A stretch of 64,000 bases of DNA from Octopus vulgaris. Its lineage: Eukaryota. The notes under the pieces are model-generated. The model was not told where the DNA came from. It made no database searches and saw only the letters and a program-made list of their open reading frames with translations. Shown piece by piece: positions 38,031-48,639 of this stretch; position 1 is the stretch's first letter; each line of letters starts with the position of its first letter. The translations under genes were made by a program, and so were the position numbers. The stretch covers positions 115,630,001-115,694,000 of the forward strand of contig OX597821.1 of NCBI GenBank assembly GCA_951406725.2, given 5' to 3'.

Positions 38031-39693
38031 GGACATGCTGTATTAAAAGTAATAGATATCAGGGGGAGATGAAAACCCATCCTGGCAGAGACCAAACAAC
38101 AAATGCAAGATGCATTTCGGCCTTTCTGGGCCTTTGCAATAGCTCACTGGCAGCCAGCCACAAAAATTTGTCATCTCTGGTATAGGGAAAACAAAACAAA
38201 CATTCACTGATGTTGTGAATAGCCATCTGGCAGAATAAAAACTCGGTATAGTGGGGATTTGAAACCTAACCACTAGATACTTGGTCAGACACCACAGACA
38301 AACCACCATAGATTCACATGATTGGTCTATACACTGACAAATCAGCAAAGGCTGTATTGTGATATGGTTTCCTTGATTGTTCAAGAATAAATCCTCTTGT
38401 CTGCTATAAAAACCGTGTTTGGTGCTTTTCTAGTTGCCGAGTGTTGAAGGCAGCTGAGTGACTTGCACCTCTACTCTTACCATGGACAATTGGGCAGACA
38501 GTTCCATGTTTTAGTATACCAAACAGAACATTCTCACAATGTCTCATAAATAACTTCTACGGATGAGGTGCAATTTTTCTCTCTCTCCCAGTCAGTAAAT
38601 ATTTATATTGTTCATTGTAAATAGCCAACACCAAATATCTTTATGTCTGGCAATAAATATTCACTTAAATGGTCACGAGTTTGCTTTAGTTATTATTCAT
38701 GCAGCCAATGAATTATTTCTTTATTTCCTGCAATTCAAGTAACAAGCAACACTGGTATATGTAAAAGCTAAGGCGGTGAGCTGGCAGAAACGTTAGCACA
38801 TCAGGTGAAATGCTTAGCGGTATTTCGTCTGCCGTTACATTGTGAGTTCAAATTCCGCCGAGGTCAACTTTGCCTTTCATCCTTTTGGGGTCGATAAATT
38901 AAGTACCAGTTACGCACTGGGGTCGATGTAATCAACTTAATCCGTTCGTCTGTCCTTGTTTGTCCTCTATGTGTTTAGCCCCTTGTGGGTAGTAAAGATA
39001 TAGGTATTTCGTCTGCCATTACGTTCTGACTGAAACACGTAAAAGACAAAAGATGTATATAGCGTGTGTTGTACTTTATTCTTGGAGCATTTCAGCTACG
39101 GTAATTCTAATAGAATTATGTAGACAGGCATTCCAATTATGGCCATCTAGTATTTTTCTTATAGCCAGGATTCTTATCAACCATGGTAGAAGACAAAGTA
39201 ATTATGCTTTTGACTAAGAGAAACATGACTTCCTTATAAAGCCGTCTCATAACTTTACTTGGCTGAACATGCTTCTTAATTTATAATATTTTATGAAAAT
39301 TATGCCCACATTGTAACTTTATAATGAATGTGTTTTTTCCTAACATGAACCTTCCTCAGTTAACAACATATTTATGTGTGTGTGTGTGAATGAGGGTTTG
39401 TGTGTATATATATATATATATATCACGTGATCATGTGACCGACATTGTTTTAGCTTTCAAACGATGCCACCCCGCTGGCTAAGCGAGCAGGCCAACAGAA
39501 GAAAGAATAAGAGAAAGTTGCGGCAGAAGAGTACAGCAGGGATCACTACCCCCACCCCCTGCCGGAGCCTCGTGGAACTTTAGGTGTTTTCGCTCAATAA
39601 ACACTCACAACGCCCGGTCTGGGAAATGAAACCGCGAGTCCGCTGCCCTAACCACTAGGCCATTGCGCCTCCACACTCATATATATATATATA

Positions 39694-39992
39694 TATATAA
39701 AAATGTATAGAATATTTCTATACACAAAGAAGAGACCTTTGACAGGATTCCTTTCATGCTAAAAAGGCCAGTTGAAACCTAAACCACGATAAAAGAATTC
39801 ATGAAGCATGCCAATTATAACACAAGAATGAACAAAAGATGAATTAGTTAATCCCAGGTTCGAGTTTCACCATTAATTGCCAAATTAATTGCCTCATGAA
39901 TTCTTTTTTTCATGGTTTAGGTTTTAACTGGCCTTTTTAGCATGTCAAAGGTCTCCTCTCTGTGTATAGAAATATTCTATACACTTTTATAT
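39694..39992. repeat. Inverted repeat next to (TA)n
   Basis: tgtatagaatatttctatacaca...gctaaaaaggccagttgaaacctaaacca versus its reverse complement at 39895-39990. Confidence 0.75.
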
Positions 39993-40084
39993 TTTTAAAA
40001 ATATGTTATGTCTTATGACTTTTATTTATGCATGCTAACCACTGGTAATAAATTATTTTAATTTATTACCCTCATATTTACGGT

Positions 40085-40179
40085 ATGTGTGTGTCTGTTT
40101 GTGTGTGTATATATATATATACACACACATGTGTTCATATATATACATATATGTGTGTGTGTATATGTATATATATATA

Positions 40180-40226
<47 letters not shown>

Positions 40227-40270
40227 GTGTGTGTATATATATATGTGTGTGTGTGTGTGTATATATATAT
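40085..40270. repeat. Compound (TA)n/(TG)n microsatellite (similar at 17505-17612, 43083-43135, 61548-61592)
   Basis: Directly visible dinucleotide runs. Confidence 0.95.
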
Positions 40271-40371
40271 TGGATGAATGTATGTTCGTCATTTAATTTC
40301 AATTTCTTCCTTTGATTTCTACTATCTTTTCTCCATACTTGACTTGTTTGGGTATGAAAGCTTGTATTGAA

Positions 40372-41055
40372 ATAATCAGTACATGACTTATTAAATATAG
40401 TTCAACAAATTCATTCATAGGAGACTGGGTGTTAAAATGGATTATAGGTTTTATTGTTCATATTGCAATACAATTGTTTCATACAAATAGACCCAGACAT
40501 GCATAAATAAAACATAGTAATAGTCAAACTTGTACACCTCGGTAGGTAATTATTTAAAGGAAAAACAAAAGATACAGACATTTAAAGTACGTAGATATTT
40601 TTCTTAGTTATCATTTTATGGGGTATATATATTTGTTCTTCCAGTCATGCTTATTCGAGTCTAGACTAAAAAAAAATTAGGACATGGGTGCTAATATATG
40701 TAATATTTAATTTGATATCCCTTCTATGAAATCCAATATATATCTCTATTTAAACGTCCTTAAAAAATTTTTGGGAGGAATAATGAATATATAATCCCAT
40801 AAAATGATAATCAAGAAAATAACCAATGTACTTTAAATGTCTTTATTTTATTTTTCCTTTAAATAATTGCCTACTGAGGATTGCCTATTATGATGTTCTA
40901 TTTATGAATATCTGGGCCCATTTGTATGAAACAATTGTATAACAACATAAAAAATAAAACCTAAAATCCATTTTAACATTCAATCTCCTTCATTTCATAA
41001 ATATGAATGGATTTGTTGAACTTTGTTTAATAAGTTAAGTCAAATACTGATTATA
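40372..41055. repeat. Large diverged inverted repeat (~270-bp arms), Penelope pLTR-like
   Basis: Arms are reverse-complementary; each has GAAAC-AATT-GTA and an eroded CTGANGA. Confidence 0.7.
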
Positions 41056-41057
41056 TA

Positions 41058-41660
41058 TATCATCATCATTGTTCGACTGTGGTCGAGATAATGGAATTTA
41101 CTGTTACGCCAGACTTCATGGTCCATCATAGCATCACGGAGGTCCTGTCGCTGGATGCCTGTATCCCTAGAGATTACATCAGGGTAGGAGAGTGTGCGCC
41201 TCTGGTATCACGAGCAGATGGCTTCCAGAGGAGAAGAGTAGAAATTACCTCGTTTTCAGCTCTACAACAATGTCCAGAAAACTGGACTCTTCTACCTTTC
41301 ACAAGAGATGATACAGGTGGTAGTTTCCCATATATTTGTACTTTGGTTGGATGACTCTTCCATGAGAGATTTTGAGCTCTCATAAGGAGGTGATTGTAAG
41401 TTCCATCAAACCGCCTCTCAAGCTTCTTTGATAACATCCAGATTTCTGAGCCATATAGTTAAGATGGTCTTCAACCATCTTAACCCCTGATAGGGAAACT
41501 TCATCTTTCTCAATCAAAGCCGGAATACTGCAGGGAGACACACTCACCCCATTTCTCTTCATCATTGTCGTTGACTATATGCTACGTATGTCAGTTGATA
41601 CCATTTCTGGTAAGGGCTTTGAAATAAAATCCAGAAGAAGTTCCAGACACCCAGCTGAAC
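41058..41660. mobile_element. Second RTE-like LINE family with inverted 5' part
   Basis: 3' end on minus (GTYNHLLMRAQNLSWKSH...FSGHCCR, GAT tail at ~41060); RT piece GILQGDTLTPFLFIIVVDY on plus from ~41520. Confidence 0.75.
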
Positions 41661-41680
41661 ATATATATATATATTTATCA

Positions 41681-41727
<47 letters not shown>

Positions 41728-41870
41728 GCAATAAAGATTCAAGTTAATTTAAATGAATTTACTTGAATATGGTACCTAACTTAGATGCACCAAAAAAAAC
41801 TATACTGATTTAACAATACAGTAATGTGGGGTGATTATAAGCGAGAATGAAGCAACAAGAATGGATAGGT

Positions 41871-41961
41871 TTTTAGTACAATCGTTTCATACAAGGACAG
41901 GTTTTATTAAAAGTTGCAAAAATTACAGCATATAAACGTGTCCCGTACTCATCAGCTAAAA
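41871..41961 (-). ncRNA. Type I hammerhead ribozyme motif (Penelope-like minimal form)
   Basis: Minus strand: TTTTAG-CTGATGA-[gtacgggaca...tgtccttgtat long stem II]-GAAAC-gatt-GTA-CTAAAA; perfect 6-bp stem I, 2-bp stem III. Confidence 0.75.
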
Positions 41962-42357
41962 TACATGTGAGTTCTCTAGACATCCTAGTGGTTGAGGCTA
42001 TACTCATGAAGTAATGTAGATAATTAAGTAACATAAACAGATTTCAAAAGTTCATTAAAGTTCTTTAAAGATGATGTACAGTCTTATCACAGAATTTAAA
42101 AAAAAGTCTTAATAGCATCACAGAGAAGGTGACCCAATCCATAGTGCACATATGAATTTCCAGAGATATGATGAGGGATTACATACTCACAGAAGGCAAA
42201 TTTATCCATTGTTAATTACAACGAGGTGGGATTCTGATTCAGTTGTTGACTATATGCTACGTATGTCAGTTGATACCATTTCTGGTAAGGGCTTTGAAAT
42301 AAAATCCAGAAGAAGTTCCAGACACCCAGCTGAACATATATATATATATATTTATCA

Positions 42358-42402
<45 letters not shown>

Positions 42403-42406
<4 letters not shown>

Positions 42407-43095
42407 CTTGCCAGAAAAAGGGAAAGATGGCTGCTTATAAATGCCAAAACCTTCCCAGGCGAAGAATATACCCCAAAACATAGACTGGTAATTAGTGACT
42501 TTAGGATCAGGGCTAAGTGGATGCCCAGAAGATGACCAGCAAGGCGAAGAAGGGTCTGGAGACTTAAAGATCCTGAAAATGGACAGATTTAGAGACATAT
42601 TACTCGAAGCCTTTGACGAAATAGAAGGGGATATAGCTTCACATGGTGTAGAAGACAACTGGAAGTTTCTATGGGACAACCTGCTGAGAGCCATTGACCA
42701 GATCTGTGGATGGTGCAAAGTCCCCTCTCGACCCAAAATAACGTGGTGGTGGAACAATGTTGTAGATAGGGCTATAAGGTAAGAGCATTAGATTCCTTGG
42801 AAAAAAGCTTCGAATGTATACGAAAGAAGGACGGAAAAACGGACGATGTCACACGAATATGAATACAAAAATAATACAAAAAAATGCAATAATAATAATA
42901 ATAACAGGACATAACAACAGGTGTCTTTCGACTGGAGAATTGAATTCAGCTGGCGTGTTGGGAATTAGGTCTTACAGCTGAGGAAAAGTATTGATATGAC
43001 AAACGCAAAAAGGCCAGCAGTCGGCCAACAGTCACATGAGAAGAGAAGAGAAAGAAAAAGAGGAACAAAGTAATGTTCTCTTATATATATATATG

Positions 43096-43137
<42 letters not shown>

Positions 43138-45076
43138 AGTAATAAGAGAGAGAGACCACATGTGGTCACTCTAACGCTAGAAATAGATCCGCAAAGGGAA
43201 TCCACCACTAAAGAATTGTTCTCAAGCTTATTACTTGTATTAATAATTTTTACTGTATCACAGTTTTTTTACACTAGGCCACTTGGTGTTTTAAATTGAT
43301 GTTATTAATTAATATTCAATTTTTTTCACCCTTATTGTGATTTTAATTATATATATATGTATATATATTTAAAATTAAATAAGGGTAGAAATTGATATTA
43401 ATCAATTAAAACCAGTGGCCTAGCATATTTAAAAAATCCAAAGATTAAAATTTTTTTACATACAAAATTTAGAGGATTGACCACTAAAAGTAGACATGCT
43501 AGATATAGACGTCAAAATCGCTTGACCACTAAAAGTAGACATGCTAGATATAGACGTCAAAATCGCTATTATCCATGGAGAATGTGTTCTCAAGAAAAAA
43601 TTCAGCAAAAAACAAATGAAAATATACGAAATAAAAAACGATTACCTATTTAAGGGAGGCTGGGCGGCAGGTATACATAGCCAAGGGTGAAGTGGAAAAG
43701 AAGAATTTTGTCAATGTCCAGCGAAGTGAGGACCAAAGAACTGGGGTATTTTGGATTGCTAGACAGTGTGTGAGAGAAAATTGTGATGTCAGAGGAGGGA
43801 AATGCATCCGCATGGATGATGGTGCACTTGCTTTCAATGTTTCTGAAAAGAAAAAGGCTTGGAGAAGCCATTATGAAAGACTGCTGAATGTGGAGAATGA
43901 ATGGGAGGAGGAGAGCCTGCCAAATGTTGACCCAGTAGAGGGACCAGCTATCCCAATAGACAGCTCCCTAGTAGATAAAGCAATTAAGGGTATGAAGCCA
44001 GGAAAAGCCCCTGGCCCATCAAGAATCACTGCTGAGATGCTTAAAAGATCTGGTGGTGTGGGCTACGGCCTAGTCACCCACATTGTAAACCAAGTAGTTC
44101 ATGATGGAGTCATACCCAATGACTGGCATAACAGCACCTTAGTCAACTGCTACAAGGGTAAAGGTGATGCTCTAGATAGAAATAACTGTTGGATCAGGTG
44201 ATGAAGGTCATAAAGAGGGTCATAACCCATCTCATTAGGGAGAGAGTCTGCTTAGATGAGATGCAGTTCAGTTTTGTTTGGGTAGAAGCACCATTGATGC
44301 CATATTCCTGATTCGACAACTGCAGGAGAAATACCTTGCTAAAGATAAATGCCTCTACTTAGCTTTCGTGGACTTGGAGAAAGCCTTTGACAGGGTTCCC
44401 CGATCCCTTATCTGGTGGGCGATGCAGAAACTGGAGATTGATGAATGGGTAATAAGGGCTGTACAGGCCCTATACAGAGAAGCCCTCAGTCCCCTTCTAT
44501 TCATCATAGTCCTCCAGGCAATAACAGAGGAACTTAAGACGGGTTGCCTCTGGGAGCTCCTCTATGCTGATGACTTGGCCCTCATAGCCAAATCACAACC
44601 GGAACTAGAAAAGAAATTTTGTGTGTAGAAGCTCGGTTTAGAATCAAAAGGCCTTAGAGTCAATGTAGCAAAGACCAAAGTTATAGTAATTAGGAAGGTG
44701 ACCTCATCACACACCCCCTCAGGTAGGTGACCATGCTCAATCTGTAGAAAAGGTGTAGGTAGAAACTCCATAAGATGTACCCAGTATAAGCTATGGACGC
44801 ATAAGAGGTGCAGCAACATTAAAGGAAAATTAACCAAGAAGATAGATTTCATGTGCAGCAAATGTCCAGGGGCAAGAGACACCACAGATACTCAGAAAAC
44901 AGATTCCATCACACTCCAGGGGGAGAAACTAGAAGTGGTTGATAGTTTCTGCTACCTAGGTGACCAAATTAGTAGTGGAGGTGGATGCTCAGAAAGTGTC
45001 ACCACAAGAATAAGAATAGCCTGGGCAAAGTTTAGAAAGCTTCTACCCCTACTGGTGACAAACGGTCTCTCGCTCA
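42403..45076 (+). mobile_element. Degraded RTE-clade LINE (RT region), interrupted at ~42778-43650
   Basis: Fragments KPGKAPGPS, YKGKGDAL, YLAFVDLEKAFDRVPR, LLYADDLAL, FCYLGDQI; several stops and frameshifts. Confidence 0.92.
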
Positions 45077-46552
45077 GCTGCCACAAACTGGATGTGTCTG
45101 TTCACCTCCAACAATAGAAAGCAGTTGCCATATTTCATTCCATAATGGTCATCTCTGAAGAGTGCAGGGTTACATAATCGTTGAACCATTAGTACAAAAC
45201 GGATTAATAATATCGGCCGTAATGGATATATAATCAATTACACTTCGATTAATATGCCCACTCTAGTGACAACAAATATAGGAATGCATTTTTTTCTGAC
45301 TTATGGATTCTTAAACGGTATATGTATGTATATATATATTTAAAGGTGGCGAGCTGGCAGAAACGTTAGCACGCCGGGGGAAGTGCTTAGCAGTATTTCG
45401 TGTGCCGTTACGTTCTGAGTTCAAATTCCGCTGAAGTCGACTTCGCCTTTCATCCTTTCGGGGTCGATAAATTAAGTACCAGTTACGCACTGGGAATCGA
45501 TATAATCAACTTAATCCGTCTGTCTGTCCTTGTTTGTCTCCTCTGTGTTTAGCCCCTTGTGAGTAGTAAAGAAATAGGTATATGTATGTATGTGTGTGTG
45601 TGTGTATGTGTGTCTCTGTGCTTGTCTCCTCCCTTGCCTAACAACTGGTGTTGGTTTGTCTATGCCTAGCAGTTTGGCAAAAGAGACCGATAAAATAAGT
45701 AACAGGTTTAAAAATAATTGCTGGGGTTGATGTGTTCTACTAAACCCTTCACGGCAATGCCCCAGCATGGCCAAAGTCTAATGACTGAAACAAGTAGTCA
45801 CATCATGAGCAGACCACCATAGTTTCATCTGATTGGTCCATTGGCATGGACAGGTTTTCTTGAACATTCTAGAATTTGACTTCTAGTCCTCTATAAAAAC
45901 CTAAGACAGATAGCACAGACAGATGATAGGAACCTTCGTCACCATGAATATATAGCACAAGTTTTTTTCAATAATATTGGACAAGCCGCAGGTTACCGTA
46001 TCAATAACTTGCCGTAAACTTAATATCTCTCTCCTATTATATAATTATTGCTGCTGTTATCTGTGAAAGTCCAACGCTGTTTGACTTTATCTGTGATGAT
46101 ATAATCTTCATGAGGGTTGTTCAGCTACTCCAACACGCAGCCCGAGAAACATTTACCTTCATGAACTGTCACCACCACAGACCAGACCAACAACCTTTAG
46201 TCAGCGAGAAGATAATGCATGCATCTACTCATACGTCTAATATTTACTTTGATCAAAGGTTATTAGCGCTTTCAAGATTAGTATAATTTTAGAAAAGTAA
46301 TGTATCCTCAAAAGCTATTATGTGAGTAGCTAAAATTATCAGCTTTTTGTTAAAGATAATGGAATTAGATAAGATGGTTGTTATTTAGCCCCGGGTCTGC
46401 CTTATGAAGGGTTTCCAGCTGTGACTATTTTTATGCTTTTGGTAAACTCGTAATTACTTTGTGAGTGTCCGTCTCTTTCTAAGATAGAAAGGTGCGATGT
46501 GAGGGAACTTGGCTGCTATTTCTTGCGGGTCGACAGCACCACATAAAAAACT

Positions 46553-46831
46553 GGTACTACTAGCGAACAGTGGTCCCGGTGCGCGCACTCGCACATCCGC
46601 GCTAGCTAGTCGTGACTAGTCGATCCTACAACGACTACCTAGCAAAGTAAATAAAACCCAAAATAAATAATTTTTGTTAAACAAAGTAAGTAAAACACAA
46701 AAACACAAAGTAAATAATTTTTTAAGTAAATAAGTAAATAACAAAAACACAAAGTAAGGATCGACTAATCATGACTAGCTGGCGCGGATGCGCGAGTACG
46801 CGCACCGGGACCACTGTTCGCTAGTAGTACG
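46553..46831. mobile_element. Merlin-like MITE, complete copy
   Basis: 75-bp TIRs starting GGTAC (fits Merlin GGNRM), exact 9-bp TSD TAAAAAACT (46544-52 and 46832-40), AT-rich internal repeats. Confidence 0.8.
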
Positions 46832-46878
46832 TAAAAAACTTTCGTGTTGAATCCTAAGAACTGATTCATTACTCCAGT

Positions 46879-47150
46879 AGAGAGAGATAGAGAGAAAGAA
46901 AGAAAGCTATGAGGTAGAGAGAAAGAGAGAGAGAAAGGAAGAAAGCTATGAGATAGAGAGAGAGAGAGAGAAAGAGAGCTAGCTATGTGGTAGAGAGAGA
47001 AAGGAAGAAAGTTATGAGATAGAGAGAGAGAGAGAGAGAGAAAGAGAGCTAGCTATGTGGTAGAGAGAGAAAGGAAGAAAGCTATGAGATAGAGAGAGAG
47101 AGAGAGAGAAAGAGAGCTAGCTATGAGGTAGAGAGAGAAAGAGAGGGAGG
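46879..47150 (+). repeat. Polypurine higher-order (GA)n/AGCTATG repeat immediately upstream of ACBP
   Basis: ~70-bp units aaggaagaaagctatgagata(ga)n aaagagagctagctatgtggta(ga)n, ~3 copies. Confidence 0.85.
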
Positions 47151-47259
47151 TAGCAGATGGCGTTGAGTTGTAGGAGGGGAAAGGAGGAAGAGAGTGAGTG
47201 AGGCTCCCATTCTGTGTTCGTAACGTAAAGCTGTCAATTCATTCCACACGATTTTTATC

Positions 47260-47268
47260 ATGTCAGCG
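47260..47268 (+). CDS. DBI: ACBP/DBI exon 1 (MSA)
   Basis: atcATGTCAGCG|gtaagt; a 3-codon first exon is typical of ACBP genes; phase 0 fits exon 2. Confidence 0.75.
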
Positions 47269-48516
47269 GTAAGTGATTTCATGTCCTGTCCTCTGGTATT
47301 TTCTCTCTTTTATTTATTTAAACCATTGTTAATTACAAACTAAATATAACCGAAATTCGACATGTTTCATTTAATGTAGCGTGGCCGATGTAAAGCCACA
47401 TGTTTAGAGAAAAGACAATGCCGAGGAGACGGGTGTCTATTGCAGATGGTAAATGAATTAAGATGACTAATAACTTTGAGCGAGGAGGCCGGTGAGATGT
47501 GGTGTAGATTTAAAGAGGTGTGTGTGTGTATTTAAAAGAGATCTTCCTGGTTGTTCCATTAATTCTAACTTCATTTGACATCGATGTATTAAAACATTTC
47601 ATTTTCTTTGATGTATTATCTCTTCAGTCTCATCCGTCTTTTAACAGTAAAAATAGACGAGTCAAGTTAAATCATGTCCGATCTCTATTCTCTATTCTCT
47701 TCAAAGTAAAACTTGCTCCCAAGCCTCTGTCTTTTGTTTCTAAATGTCCCGTTCGGCCGACACAATGACATTATTATAATTTACCCATTTCGCCATCTTG
47801 TATAGTTTCCTTTTTATACCTCATATCTTCATGTTTCCTCTGGATTAGAACACGTTTATTCAAACAAAACCGATACCTTATTTCCTTTGAAATAGATACA
47901 AAGAAAAAGCTTCTAACGATTGCATGGTTGGGTGGAGTTTTTGAATAGATGCCCCTGCCTCACGGAGAACAAAAAGGGCATAAAATTAAGGGGGTGGTGG
48001 TAAAAATTTTTAAAAATTGAAATGTTTGGAAAAGAAATCTCGGCGATCCTTCTATGGTGCTCACATCGAAGGATCGATGAAATCTCTCATATTTGTAATT
48101 CCCGTTGGTTGGAAAATATGAATTCTGAAATTTGAAAGAAAACCCCCACTCTTTTGCTATTCCAAGCAGCATGAGGCTTTCAGGAATAGCTACCCTAAAA
48201 TTCCACCCGTTGGTTGCTCGTATTTAGTTGCGACAGAATCTAACTAATCAACAGCTATCCCTGGTTGGATTGGAACATTTAATTAGATATGGAAAGCTTG
48301 AGCAATTTTATCTTATCTTTTATTTATAATTTTGTTAATTAACAAAAACCTGTCCCCACTTCGTTTAACGGTTTTTACTTGTCAAAACATTCATCATTTG
48401 GTGAATAAGAGGAAAGCGGCGTAATTAAAAAAATAGAAAATCTAACTTGGTTTTTCTGAATAACGTAAACTAATTAATCCTTTCGACTATAGGCACAAGG
48501 CTTAACATTTTTGAGG

Positions 48517-48639
48517 GGTTAAATTCCAGTTTCTGACCCGGGGAAAAAAAAAAAAGGAAAAATAGTATAATAGGTGTAAAAACAAATATGTGGTAAACGA
48601 ACATTTTTTTTGCCCGGGTCAGAAACTGGAGTTTAAAGC
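48517..48639. mobile_element. Small MITE inserted into a SINE fragment
   Basis: TIR ttaaattccagtttctgacccgggg / cccgggtcagaaactggagtttaa; flanking ttttgagg direct repeat. Confidence 0.65.

Noticed and set aside
40053-40315. Four overlapping ORFs rich in Y/I/C/V/H/T
   Set aside because: Translation of (TA)n/(TG)n microsatellite
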